From positions 352 to 64,351 of the forward strand of contig CP075367.1 of the NCBI GenBank assembly GCA_019454165.1: a stretch of DNA of 64,000 nucleotides, given 5' to 3'. This DNA comes from Anaerolineales bacterium. GTDB lineage: Bacteria > Chloroflexota > Anaerolineae > Anaerolineales > UBA11579. The position numbers and the translations under genes are program-made. The notes under the pieces are model-generated. The model did not search any database. It had not been told where the DNA came from and saw nothing but the letters and a program-made list of their open reading frames with translations. Shown here one piece after another: positions 42,703-52,654 of the stretch. Each line of letters begins with the position of its first letter. Position 1 is the stretch's first letter.

Positions 42703-44154
42703 TTAGAAGATGCGCAGCAGCGCCTGAGAAGCCCAGGCAAACAGCGGCTCAGAGAAGATGAACAGCAGCACGGTCGCAACTGCGGTGAGACCAGCCGTGA
42801 TCTTGAGCATAGGCTCGTGGTGCACTTCAGGCTCACCGTCCTGCATGAACATGACCACCACCAGGCGCAAATAGTAGTACGCCGAGATCAACGAGGCCAC
42901 CACGCCAACGATCGCCAGCCACACATACCCGCCTTCCAGCACGGCGCGGAACAAATAGAACTTGCCCGCGAAGCCCAGCGTAGGCGGCACGCCTGCGAAC
43001 GAGAGCATGAACACCAGCATAGCGATCGCCAGCCCAGGGCTGCGTCGGAACAAGCCGGCATAATCTTTGAAGTCCAGCCCGCGGCCCAGGCTCTTCTCCA
43101 TCGCCATCACCACGGCCCATGAGCCGAAGCTGGCAAAGGTGAAGCCCAGCAGATAGAACAAAGCCGACGACACCACATCGAAACGCACCGCGTCATTGCC
43201 GTAGGCCACAACCGCCATCAGGATGAAACCAGCGTGCGAGATGCTGGAGTACGCCAGCATGCGCTTGACATTGCTTTGCGAGATCGCCAGCAGGTTGCCG
43301 ATGATGAGCGTCGCCGCACACATGGCGAACAGCACCGGCGTGATCTGCTCACTGATCGAGGGGAACGCCGCCACAAAGATGCGCAGCAGGGCGGCAAACC
43401 CCGCCGCCTTGGCCCCCACCGCCATGAACGCCGTTACCGAGGTCGGCGAACCGTCGTACACGTCCGGCGTCCACATGTGGAAGGGCACCGCCGCCACCTT
43501 GAACCCGAGACCCACCAGGATCAGGCCGGCGCCCAGCACCAAGTAAATCGGGTACTCCAACCCGGCCGCGGCCGCTGCTACCACGCCGCTCAGCAGCGTG
43601 GTGCCCGTCGCGCCATACACCAGCGCAATGCCGTACACCAGGAAGCCGCTGGCGAACGCACCCAGCAGAAAGTACTTGAGCCCAGCTTCCTCCGAACGCG
43701 CATCCGGCCGGCCGATCGCCGCCAGCACATACAGCGGAATCGAAAGCAGCTCCAGCGCAAGGAAGACCACGATCAGATCCGCGGCCGAGGCCATCAGCAT
43801 CATGCCGCTGAGCGAAAACAGCATCAGCACGTAATACTCAGGCTTGGCGATGCCCATCCGTTGCAAATAATCGTACGACAGCGCAATGCTCAGCACGCCG
43901 CCCAGCGCCAGCACCAGATTGATGAAGGTCGAGAAGCCATCCGTGACGAACATGCCGCCAAACGCCTCGGCCTCCAGCCCCATCTGGCTGACCAGCAGGT
44001 ACGCGGTGGCCAGCAAGCCCGCCAGCGAGAGCGCTGGCAGCAAGCCAGGCCGCTTGCCGGCGAAAGCCGCAACCAGCAGCAGAATACATGCCCAGCCTGT
44101 AAGAAATACAAGCGGCAGTGCGGTGATCAGGTCAGCAGATGAGAAGAAATCCAT
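42703..44154 (-). CDS. nuoN: NADH-quinone oxidoreductase subunit N
   Basis: 483 aa polytopic antiporter-like subunit. It is the last gene in the nuoA-N order. Confidence 0.9.
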   Translation of the reverse strand: MDFFSSADLITALPLVFLTGWACILLLVAAFAGKRPGLLPALSLAGLLATAYLLVSQMGLEAEAFGGMFVTDGFSTFINLVLALGGVLSIALSYDYLQRMGIAKPEYYVLMLFSLSGMMLMASAADLIVVFLALELLSIPLYVLAAIGRPDARSEEAGLKYFLLGAFASGFLVYGIALVYGATGTTLLSGVVAAAAAGLEYPIYLVLGAGLILVGLGFKVAAVPFHMWTPDVYDGSPTSVTAFMAVGAKAAGFAALLRIFVAAFPSISEQITPVLFAMCAATLIIGNLLAISQSNVKRMLAYSSISHAGFILMAVVAYGNDAVRFDVVSSALFYLLGFTFASFGSWAVVMAMEKSLGRGLDFKDYAGLFRRSPGLAIAMLVFMLSFAGVPPTLGFAGKFYLFRAVLEGGYVWLAIVGVVASLISAYYYLRLVVVMFMQDGEPEVHHEPMLKITAGLTAVATVLLFIFSEPLFAWASQALLRIF

Positions 44155-44160
44155 AGTTCC

Positions 44161-45672
44161 TTACGGGATGGCCGCAGTTTGGAACAGCGTGACCAGCTGC
44201 TCCACAGCAGGATGCATAAGGGCAAAGAACGGCTTGGGGTACAAACCGATCCAGAAGATCAATACCAGCAGCGGGATCATGATCGCCAGTTCGCGCCAGC
44301 TCAGGTCCTTCAGCGCTTCGTTGGCTTTCACGGTCACCGGCCCCAGGAACATCTTCTGGAACATGTACAGCATGTAGACCGCCGCCAGGATCACACCCAG
44401 CGCCGCGAACACGGTGAACCAGATCGAGCCCAGCGCCCCACCCTGCCCTGCGCCCCAGGCGCCCAGCAGAATGGTGAACTCGCCCACGAAGCCGTTGAGG
44501 CCGGGCAAACCCATCGAGGACAACGAGACGATCAGCGTCAGCACGGCGTACACCGGCATGATGCTCCACAAACCGCCAAACTCGCTCAACTCACGCGTGT
44601 GGCGGCGCTCATAGATAAAGCCCACGATCAAGAACAAGGCGCCGGTGCTGATGCCGTGGTTGACCATCTGCAAGATCGCGCCTTCAATGCCCTGAGCATT
44701 CAGTGCGAACAAGCCAAGCATCACGAAACCCAAGTGGCTGATCGAGGAATACGCCACCAGCTTCTTGACGTCCTTTTGCGAATACGAAACGATCGCGCCG
44801 TACACAATGCCGATCACCGCCAGCGTGGCCATGGCCGGGGCCAGTTCCACTGCCGCCTGCGGGAACAGTTGCAGGTTGAAGCGCAGGAAACCATATGTAC
44901 CCAGCTTCAGCAGCACGCCGGCCAGGATGACCGAGCCAGCCGTGGGGGCTTGCACGTGCGCATCCGGCAGCCATGAGTGCAGCGGCCACATCGGCACCTT
45001 GATGGCGAACGCCGCTGCAAACGCCAGGAACAGCCAGAATTGCTCCTGCGCCGGAATGTTGCCCAGCGCCAGCAGCTCAGGCAGATGGAAAGTACCCTGG
45101 TTGATGCCCAGCCACAGAATGGCCAGCAGCATCAAGATCGAGCCAGCCATCGTATACAGGAAGAACTTGATCGCCGCATACATGCGCTGGGCGCCGCCCC
45201 AGATCCCGATGAGGAAATACATCGGCACCAGAGTGAACTCCCAGAAAATATAGAAAAGGAAAAGGTCCTGCGCCAGGAACACGCCCAGCATGCCCACTTC
45301 CAGCAGCAGGAAGAAGATCATGAAGTCACGCACGCGCTCTTCAACCGCGTGCCAGGTGGAGAGGATCGCGATCGGGGTCAGGAAGGTGGTCAGCAGCACC
45401 AGCAGAATGCTCAGGCCGTCGATCGCCATCGCATATTTGATGTTCCAGCTGGCCGCCTGGATCCAGTCATACGCAAAGTCGAGCTGCAGACCGGGGTCAT
45501 TGGCATTGAACAGGCCCAACACCCACAGCGAGATACCGAAGGTCACCAACGAAGTGCCCAACGCCACCCAGCGGCTCAAACCATCGCGCTTGCCTAGGAA
45601 CAGCAGCACCAAAACGCCAACAACTGGGGAAAACGTCAGCACATTCAGGGGTTGTAAGAGAAATTCCATCAT
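44161..45672 (-). CDS. nuoM: NADH-quinone oxidoreductase subunit M
   Basis: 503 aa antiporter-like subunit with the WLPDAHVQAPTAGSVILAG motif. Confidence 0.92.
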   Translation of the reverse strand: MMEFLLQPLNVLTFSPVVGVLVLLFLGKRDGLSRWVALGTSLVTFGISLWVLGLFNANDPGLQLDFAYDWIQAASWNIKYAMAIDGLSILLVLLTTFLTPIAILSTWHAVEERVRDFMIFFLLLEVGMLGVFLAQDLFLFYIFWEFTLVPMYFLIGIWGGAQRMYAAIKFFLYTMAGSILMLLAILWLGINQGTFHLPELLALGNIPAQEQFWLFLAFAAAFAIKVPMWPLHSWLPDAHVQAPTAGSVILAGVLLKLGTYGFLRFNLQLFPQAAVELAPAMATLAVIGIVYGAIVSYSQKDVKKLVAYSSISHLGFVMLGLFALNAQGIEGAILQMVNHGISTGALFLIVGFIYERRHTRELSEFGGLWSIMPVYAVLTLIVSLSSMGLPGLNGFVGEFTILLGAWGAGQGGALGSIWFTVFAALGVILAAVYMLYMFQKMFLGPVTVKANEALKDLSWRELAIMIPLLVLIFWIGLYPKPFFALMHPAVEQLVTLFQTAAIP

Positions 45673-45678
45673 CCGTCC

Positions 45679-47772
45679 TCAGCTCGAAAAGACCAGGTAT
45701 CCGATCATCAGCACTACGCCAAAGAACACCATCAAGGCGTAGTTGCGCACATATCCACTTTGCAGCAGGCTAAACCCGCGCCCCAGGCCCTTGGCCAACG
45801 CCGCCAGGCCGCGCGAGATCCCGTCGATCACGCCCATGTCCACCGGCTCGGCCAGGAAACGCGCCAGCGCCCCAAAGCCACGGCCGATCAGGGTGTCGTG
45901 CACCCAGTCATGCCAGAAGCGCCAATCCACCACATCCGCCAGGAAGGCGGCCAGGCGGCGGTACGGCTGGATGATGAGCGCATCGTACAGCTCATCCACC
46001 CACCACTTGTTCTGCATGCCTTTGTACATAAAGCCCAGCCGCTGTTGCAGCGGATCGGCTTCGCCAGCTGCCAGCGGCTTGCGCCCATACAAACGCCACG
46101 AAATATAGATAGCGATCAGCGCCAACACAGTAGAGAAGATCGCTACGCCAAAGTTGAACACGGTGGCATGCGCAAAGTCATGCCCCAGCGTGTGCTCCAG
46201 CCAGTCGGTGAAGGGGTGCAGAACCGGCACATTGATCAGCCCGCCAAAAACGGAAAGCCCTGCCAGAATACCCAGCGGGATCAACATGATGCTGGGGCTC
46301 TCGACCGCTTCCTTGGCGGCCTTGGTGCGCGCTTCGCCAAAGAACACCAGCCAGATCTGGCGGCCCATGTAGAACGCCGTCAGGAAGGCCGCCGCGGTCA
46401 GCAGCACCCACACCAGCATATTGGCATGCAAAGCATCCGTGAGGATCTCATCCTTGGAGAAGAAGCCCGCCAGCGGCGGCAGACCCGCCAGGGCCAGCGC
46501 GCCGATCAGGTACACGCGGTACGTGGTCGGGATCTGCTTGCGCAGCCCGCCCATGTTGCGCATGTCCTGCGGATCGAAAGGCGCATGATGATCATCGTGA
46601 TGCTCATCATGGTGGTCGTCGTGATGCTCGTCGTGGTGGCCGTCAAGCGGGTGGTGCGCACGTTCCAGCGCCAGGATCACCGAGCCGGAGCCCAGGAACA
46701 GCAGCGCCTTGAAGAAGGCGTGCGTCACCAGGTGGAACATGCCGGCCACGTAAGCGCCAATGCCCACCGCCGCCACCATGAAGCCCAGCTGGCTGATCGT
46801 TGAATAAGCCAGCACTTTCTTGATGTCATTTTGCGCCACGGCGATCGTGGCCGCGAACAGCGCCGTCACCGCCCCCACGATCGCCACCACGTTGCCGGCC
46901 TCCGGCACCGCGCCGAACAGCGGCGCCGAGCGGGCCACCAGGTACACGCCGGCGGTCACCATCGTGGCCGCGTGGATGAGTGCGGATACCGGCGTGGGGC
47001 CGGCCATCGCGTCCGGCAGCCACACGTACAGCGGCAGCTGGGCTGATTTGCCCGTCACGCCGATCAGCATGCACAGCGTGATCGCCATGATGATGCGCGG
47101 GTCCACCGCGGCCGCATTCGGCAGCACCTGGTCGAAGCTCAGTGAGCCGAACGCCCAGAAGGTGAGGAACATGGCCAGCAAGAAGCCAAAGTCACCCACG
47201 CGGTTGGCCACGAACGCTTTCTTGGCCGCCTGTGAGTTGAGCAGGCCCTTGGAGCCATCCGGGTTGCGCGAGTACCAGAAGCCGATCAGCAGGAAGGAGC
47301 ACAGACCCACGCCTTCCCAGCCGACGAACAACATCAGATAGCTGTTGCCGCTCACCAGGATCATCATGGCGGCAATGAATAAGTTCAGATAAATAAAGAA
47401 GCGCGTGAAGCTGCCGGGGTCTTCCTTATAGCGCACGTCATAGTGCATATACCCGGCCGCATAAATATGGATAAGCGTGCCCACGCCGGACACCACTAGC
47501 ATCATGGTGACCGAAAGCGTGTCCACATTGAAAGCCCAGGGGATCTGCAGACTGCCGATGTTGATCCAGTCGGCCAGCGGCACCACCGCGCCGTGCGGGT
47601 GCGCCTGCAAGCTGACGAACTGCAACACCGCCACCACGAACGCGGAGAGAACCGCCAGCGTGCCGACAATGGCGCTGAAACGCTCACCAAAGCGGCGGCC
47701 AAAGGCCAGGTTGATCACCAGCCCGATGAGCGGAAAGAAAACGATCCAGGGAACGAGTGCGAAGGCGTCCAT
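45679..47772 (-). CDS. nuoL: NADH-quinone oxidoreductase subunit L (with His/Asp-rich insert)
   Basis: 697 aa. It has WLPDAMAGPTPVSALIHAATMVTAG and a C-terminal lateral-helix extension. It contains GHHDEHHDDHHDEHHDDHH before the conserved DMRNMGGL. Confidence 0.92.
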   Translation of the reverse strand: MDAFALVPWIVFFPLIGLVINLAFGRRFGERFSAIVGTLAVLSAFVVAVLQFVSLQAHPHGAVVPLADWINIGSLQIPWAFNVDTLSVTMMLVVSGVGTLIHIYAAGYMHYDVRYKEDPGSFTRFFIYLNLFIAAMMILVSGNSYLMLFVGWEGVGLCSFLLIGFWYSRNPDGSKGLLNSQAAKKAFVANRVGDFGFLLAMFLTFWAFGSLSFDQVLPNAAAVDPRIIMAITLCMLIGVTGKSAQLPLYVWLPDAMAGPTPVSALIHAATMVTAGVYLVARSAPLFGAVPEAGNVVAIVGAVTALFAATIAVAQNDIKKVLAYSTISQLGFMVAAVGIGAYVAGMFHLVTHAFFKALLFLGSGSVILALERAHHPLDGHHDEHHDDHHDEHHDDHHAPFDPQDMRNMGGLRKQIPTTYRVYLIGALALAGLPPLAGFFSKDEILTDALHANMLVWVLLTAAAFLTAFYMGRQIWLVFFGEARTKAAKEAVESPSIMLIPLGILAGLSVFGGLINVPVLHPFTDWLEHTLGHDFAHATVFNFGVAIFSTVLALIAIYISWRLYGRKPLAAGEADPLQQRLGFMYKGMQNKWWVDELYDALIIQPYRRLAAFLADVVDWRFWHDWVHDTLIGRGFGALARFLAEPVDMGVIDGISRGLAALAKGLGRGFSLLQSGYVRNYALMVFFGVVLMIGYLVFSS

Positions 47773-47773
47773 A

Positions 47774-48076
47774 TCAGCCCTTGAGGTTGCTCATCTCATC
47801 AATATCAATGCTCTGGCGGTTGCGGAAGATCACCACGATCAACGCCAGACCCACCGCCACTTCCGCCGCCGCCACTGCGATCACAAAGAACACGAACACC
47901 TGGCCAGACAGCGCTTCGTTGGCACGCGCAAAGGCCACGAACAGCAGATTGGCCGCGTTCAGCATCAGCTCCACCGACATAAAAATGATGATGGCATTGC
48001 GGCGGATCAGCACGCCCAGCGCACCCAGCGAAAACAGGATGGCGGACAAGGCAAAGTAATACGAAACTGGGATCAT
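47774..48076 (-). CDS. nuoK: NADH-quinone oxidoreductase subunit K
   Basis: 100 aa with 3 TM. It has the conserved membrane Glu context ([10 protein letters not shown]). Confidence 0.92.
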   Translation of the reverse strand: MIPVSYYFALSAILFSLGALGVLIRRNAIIIFMSVELMLNAANLLFVAFARANEALSGQVFVFFVIAVAAAEVAVGLALIVVIFRNRQSIDIDEMSNLKG

Positions 48077-48594
48077 TTCTGACCGCCTGACTTTTTGTCT
48101 TCCTTCACAAGCACGATCGCGCCCACCATAGCGGCCAGCAGCAGGATAGACGTGACTTCAAAGGGCAGCAGGTACTCGCTGAACAGCAGCATGCCGATGG
48201 ACTGCGGGCTGCCGTAGTCCGCCGCGGCCGGCTGCAGCACGGTCAGCACATCGCTGCGCGTGAAGATCAGATAGGCGCTCTCCGCCAGCAGCACCAGCGT
48301 CAGCAGCATCGCCAGCGGGCGCTGCCAGCCGCGCCGCGCCTGGTGTTGGATCTGCTCAGCGCCCAGCAGCATGATGACGAATAGGAACAGCACCATGATC
48401 GCGCCGGCATACACCGTCACCTGCGCCATGGCAATAAAAGGCGCCCCCAGCAGCAGGAAGAAAACCGCCACCGTGGCAAAGTTGAGGATCAGGAACAACG
48501 CCGAATACACCGCGTTGCGGCTGAACAGCATGCCCAGCGCCGCGCTGATGGCGACGATCGCCAGGACGAAGAAGAGGATCAATTCACCGTTCAT
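48073..48594 (-). CDS. nuoJ: NADH-quinone oxidoreductase subunit J
   Basis: 173 aa with 5 TM. The call rests on its position between nuoI and nuoK. Confidence 0.88.
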   Translation of the reverse strand: MNGELILFFVLAIVAISAALGMLFSRNAVYSALFLILNFATVAVFFLLLGAPFIAMAQVTVYAGAIMVLFLFVIMLLGAEQIQHQARRGWQRPLAMLLTLVLLAESAYLIFTRSDVLTVLQPAAADYGSPQSIGMLLFSEYLLPFEVTSILLLAAMVGAIVLVKEDKKSGGQK

Positions 48595-48597
48595 GCA

Positions 48598-49107
48598 CTA
48601 TTCCGGGTTCTTCATGACCGGGATGGAGCGGTCAAACGTGCCCGGCTCCACCTGCTGTGGGGTCGGCTGGCCGCCGGGCGGCACAGGCACCAGCAGCTTC
48701 TCGCGGGTATAGATCGACTGCGAGCGGTCGGTAAAGGTCAGCTCATAGTTGTCGCCCAGCACGATCGCCTGGGTCGGGCAGGCATCTTCACAGTAGCCGC
48801 AGAAGATGCAGCGCAGCATGTTGATCTCGTAGGTGCTGGCATAGCGCTCGCCGGGCGAGAAACGCTTCTCGTCCGTGTTCTCAGACGCCTCAACGAAGAT
48901 GGCATCCGCCGGGCAGGCTGCCGCGCACAGCGAGCAGCCGATGCAGCGCTCCAGGCCGTTCTCGTAGCGGCGCAGTTCATGACGCCCCTTGAAGCGGCTG
49001 CGCACCGGGCGCTTTTGCTCGGGGTATTGGTAGGTCTGGCGCGGCTTGAAGATCTGCCGTGCCGTCAGCCACATACCCCTGGCGATCTCGAAAATTCCTC
49101 TCAGCAT
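48598..49107 (-). CDS. nuoI: NADH-quinone oxidoreductase subunit I
   Basis: It has two ferredoxin-type motifs, CIGCSLCAAACP and CIFCGYCEDACP. Confidence 0.95.
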   Translation of the reverse strand: MLRGIFEIARGMWLTARQIFKPRQTYQYPEQKRPVRSRFKGRHELRRYENGLERCIGCSLCAAACPADAIFVEASENTDEKRFSPGERYASTYEINMLRCIFCGYCEDACPTQAIVLGDNYELTFTDRSQSIYTREKLLVPVPPGGQPTPQQVEPGTFDRSIPVMKNPE

Positions 49108-49108
49108 C

Positions 49109-50119
49109 TTACAGTCCCAACGCCACGATCACTACTGCGGTCACAAGCACGTTCAGCAGCGCCAGCGGCAACAAAACCTTCCAGCCAAAGGCCATCAGGC
49201 GGTCGTAACGCAAGCGGGGCATGGTGGCACGGATCCAGATCATCACGCCCAGGCTCGCCACGATTTTCAGGAAAAAGTACAGCGGCCCCAAACCGGGCAG
49301 CTGGTCAACGAACGGGCCGCGGAAGCCGCCCAGGAACAGGCTGGCGAAGATACCGCTCACCGCCGCCATCTTGATGTACTCGCCCATGAAGAACAGCGAG
49401 AACTTCATACCCGAATATTCGGTGTGATAGCCGGCGGTCAGTTCCTGCTCCGCCTCGGGCATGTCGAACGGGGCGCGGTTGACCTCGGCCAGCATCGCAA
49501 TATAAAAGATGATCGCGCCCAGTGGTTGGTACACAATGAACCACACATTGCGCTGCGCTTCGACGATGTCCATCAAGCTCATCGAACCCGCGATCAGGAT
49601 CGGCCCGATGAAGGCCAGGCCCAGCGCCAGTTCATAGCTCAGCATCTGGGCCGATGAACGCAGCCCGCCCAGCATGGCGTACTTATTATTGGAGGCCCAG
49701 CCCGCCAGCACGATGCCGTACACGGAAACCGAGGCCACCGACAGAATATAGAGCACGGCTACGTTGATGTCCGCAAGATACAGCGGCACCATGCGGCCGA
49801 ACAGGTTGACCATATCGCCCCACGGCACCACCGCCATGATGACGATCGCCGGCACCACCGTAATGATTGGCGCCAGCACGAAAACGAACTTGTACGCCTC
49901 AGCCGGAGTGAACTCTTCCTTGAAGATAAGCTTCACGCCGTCCGCGGCAGGCTGCAGCCAGCCGCCCGGGCCGGCCCGGTTGGGGCCAATGCGCAGTTGG
50001 ATCAAAGCGGCCAGCTTACGCTCATAGAAGGTGGTGTAGGCGAAGCCGGTCAGCAGGATGAACACGAGCAGAATGCTCTTGACCACCCACTCCAGCACGA
50101 GAACCCAATCGATAACCAT
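49109..50119 (-). CDS. nuoH: NADH-quinone oxidoreductase subunit H
   Basis: 336 aa ND1-like, with RIGPNRAGPGGWLQP and AEVNRAPFDMPEAEQEL. Confidence 0.95.
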   Translation of the reverse strand: MVIDWVLVLEWVVKSILLVFILLTGFAYTTFYERKLAALIQLRIGPNRAGPGGWLQPAADGVKLIFKEEFTPAEAYKFVFVLAPIITVVPAIVIMAVVPWGDMVNLFGRMVPLYLADINVAVLYILSVASVSVYGIVLAGWASNNKYAMLGGLRSSAQMLSYELALGLAFIGPILIAGSMSLMDIVEAQRNVWFIVYQPLGAIIFYIAMLAEVNRAPFDMPEAEQELTAGYHTEYSGMKFSLFFMGEYIKMAAVSGIFASLFLGGFRGPFVDQLPGLGPLYFFLKIVASLGVMIWIRATMPRLRYDRLMAFGWKVLLPLALLNVLVTAVVIVALGL

Positions 50120-52653
50120 TAGGCCTCCACCTTCAGGGTGTACGGGCCGCTGATCGGCAGCCCCAAACTGCGCGGGATCAAGACCGTGCCGCGCGGCACG
50201 CTGTTATCGATGTACGCAGTCACCGCAGCCTGCACGCCGTTCACGGTCACCGTGGTGCTCTTGCCGTGCTCCAGGCCAAGCCGCTCGGCGTCATCCGGGT
50301 TCAGCGTCACCTGCGGCTTCTGCAAGCGATTGTGCAGCAAGGTGGATTTCGAGATCATGTTGCCGCGGTCATACAGCGTGGTCACCGGCACGGCCAGCAA
50401 GCCATCGCCGTGCTCGCGCTCCAGCGGCTGCGCAAACGACAGCACCGGCGTTTCGCCGCGCTCCGCTGCGGTAGTTACTTGCACGCCCAGGCCGCTCTTA
50501 TTGTCATAGGTGGTGCCGCCGTAGTACACATCCGCGCGGCCGATGATCGGCCACTGCTCGGTGACTTCGGCCAGGCGTTCCATCGTCAGCCCCTTGTAGG
50601 CTTCATTCGTCTCCACCAACTGGGCGAAGACGCGGCCGGCGCTGACCGCTTCCAGGCTGGCGCCCACCAGGTTGCCCAGCTGGGCCGCGATCGTGAAGTC
50701 AGCCCGCGCCTCGCCCACTGCGGGCACCGCCGGGTAGTAGCGCTGTACCCGGCGCTCGCCAGAGGTCAGCGTGCCTTCGCGTTCGGTGAAGGCCTGGGCC
50801 GGCAGCACAACATCGGCCGCCTGGGTGGTCTTGGTCTCAGCCAGCTCCTGCACCACTACAAACTTGGCGCTGTCCACGGCCGTGGCCAGCTGCGGGTCGT
50901 CGCCGCTGGGGTCCACGCCCACCAAGTACAAGACTTCGGCATCCTTCATCAAGGCGGCCAGGTCACCGCTGGGGCGCAGCCCCAGCTCCCAGGCGCCCTG
51001 CACGTTGCTCTTATCCCACACCGCCACGAGGCCGTTGTTGGGTTTGCCCACATGGCCGGTTGCGATCAGCAGGTTGGCCGCCGCCGCCGCCAGCGATTCA
51101 GAGGCGGCCAGGTCGGTTCCGTCACTGCCGTAGAACACCACCAGGTTCGCGGCCTCGGCAATATCCTTGGCCGCTTCCTTGACCTCGTCCTGGGTCATCA
51201 GGCGCTTGACGGCTTCGGTCTGTTCAGGACGCTTGGGGGAGATGCTGTCCACCAGCGCGTGCACCGCTGCGGCTTCCTCGCCGTAGGCGTAGCGCACCAC
51301 ATGGGTGGCATCATGCTCCAGCTTGGTGCGGCGCGGGCTGGCCACGATCAACGTGGCGCCGCGTTCGGCTGCCTGCTTGACCCGCAGCCACCACATGGAG
51401 GCTTCCTCTTCCAGGTCGCTGGCGATCACCAGAATCGCATCGCCCTTGCCGAGATCGGCCAGGTTACTCCCCTGGCCCAAGCCCACCTGGCTCACCAGGT
51501 CGCCGCCGGCCATGTTGCTATACAGCGCGATCTGGCCCTTAGCCGCCTCTGTGAAGGCCTTGAGGTTGTAATAGTCTTCGTTGCTCAAACGGCCGCTCAC
51601 CACGGTGGTCAGCTTGCCGCCGGATTTCTTCACTTTGTCAGCCACCACACCCAGCGCTTCATCCCAACCGGCAGCTTCCAGTTGGTTGTTCTTGCTCAGC
51701 AGCGCCCGGGTGATGCGGTTGGCTTCTTCCGTATACTGGTAAACGAAGCGGCCCTTGTCGCACAGCCAGATCTCGTTCACCAGTTCGTTCTGGCGCGGCA
51801 TGATGCGCTTCACCACGGACTTGCCGCCAGATTTGGCCTCGCGGCGCGTGTTCAAGGTGGTGTTGCAGTTCACCGGGCAGTGCGTGCACAGCGATGCGAC
51901 CGACTTCAGTTCCCACGGGCGGGCGCCAAAGCGGAAGTCCGCGGTGGTGAGCGCACCCACCGGGCAGATGTCCGTCGTGTTGCCTGACCAGTACGAGTCA
52001 AACCCGGGGTCAGAGAAGGTAACGATCTCCAGCTTGCGGCCGCGCTCGCTGAAGCCGATCACGGGGTCATCCGCGATCTCGGTCTGGAAGCGCGTGCAGC
52101 GCGCACATTGGATGCAGCGCTCACGGTCGAGGAAGATCAGATCGCCCAGCGGGACATGCTTGTCCAGGCGGATCTTTTCATCGTAAATAAAGCGCGTCTG
52201 GCCCGGGCCAAACTTCATCGTCAGGTTCTGCAGCGGGCATTCGCCGCCTTTGTCACAGATCGGGCAGTCCAGCGGGTGCGAGGTCAGCAAAAATTCCAGC
52301 ACCTCGTCGCGGGCTTCCTTGACCTTCTCGGTGTAGCCGCGCACCACCATGCCTTCGCTCACCGGCACGGTGCAACCGGTCTCCAGCTTGGGGCCAAACT
52401 GCACTTGCGGCTGCCCGTCCTCGCCGATCACCGGCTGGCCGGTGGCGCGGTCCATCACCGGGCGGCCCACTTCCACCAGGCACATGCGGCACATGCCCAC
52501 CGGCTCCATCTTGGGGTGATAGCAAAAGACGGGGATATCAATGCCGGCCCGCTTGGCGGCATCCACCACCAGGGTGCCCGGCGCCACACTGATCTGTTGG
52601 TCGTCGATCGTCAGCGTGATCAATTTCTGTTGGGTGGTATCGGCAACAGCCAT
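50119..52653 (-). CDS. nuoG: NADH-quinone oxidoreductase subunit G
   Basis: 844 aa. It has an N-terminal 2Fe-2S (CRMCLVEV), CPICDKGGECPLQ, CIQCARCTRF and a molybdopterin-oxidoreductase-like C-terminal half. Confidence 0.95.
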   Translation of the reverse strand: MAVADTTQQKLITLTIDDQQISVAPGTLVVDAAKRAGIDIPVFCYHPKMEPVGMCRMCLVEVGRPVMDRATGQPVIGEDGQPQVQFGPKLETGCTVPVSEGMVVRGYTEKVKEARDEVLEFLLTSHPLDCPICDKGGECPLQNLTMKFGPGQTRFIYDEKIRLDKHVPLGDLIFLDRERCIQCARCTRFQTEIADDPVIGFSERGRKLEIVTFSDPGFDSYWSGNTTDICPVGALTTADFRFGARPWELKSVASLCTHCPVNCNTTLNTRREAKSGGKSVVKRIMPRQNELVNEIWLCDKGRFVYQYTEEANRITRALLSKNNQLEAAGWDEALGVVADKVKKSGGKLTTVVSGRLSNEDYYNLKAFTEAAKGQIALYSNMAGGDLVSQVGLGQGSNLADLGKGDAILVIASDLEEEASMWWLRVKQAAERGATLIVASPRRTKLEHDATHVVRYAYGEEAAAVHALVDSISPKRPEQTEAVKRLMTQDEVKEAAKDIAEAANLVVFYGSDGTDLAASESLAAAAANLLIATGHVGKPNNGLVAVWDKSNVQGAWELGLRPSGDLAALMKDAEVLYLVGVDPSGDDPQLATAVDSAKFVVVQELAETKTTQAADVVLPAQAFTEREGTLTSGERRVQRYYPAVPAVGEARADFTIAAQLGNLVGASLEAVSAGRVFAQLVETNEAYKGLTMERLAEVTEQWPIIGRADVYYGGTTYDNKSGLGVQVTTAAERGETPVLSFAQPLEREHGDGLLAVPVTTLYDRGNMISKSTLLHNRLQKPQVTLNPDDAERLGLEHGKSTTVTVNGVQAAVTAYIDNSVPRGTVLIPRSLGLPISGPYTLKVEA

Positions 52654-52654
52654 C

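Noticed and set aside
46585-46641. The His/Asp repeat in nuoL read as a recent DNA slippage or assembly artefact.
   Set aside because: The two 24-nt units differ at four synonymous third positions with identical protein sequence, and the frame is intact. That is inconsistent with a fresh duplication or a collapsed repeat.
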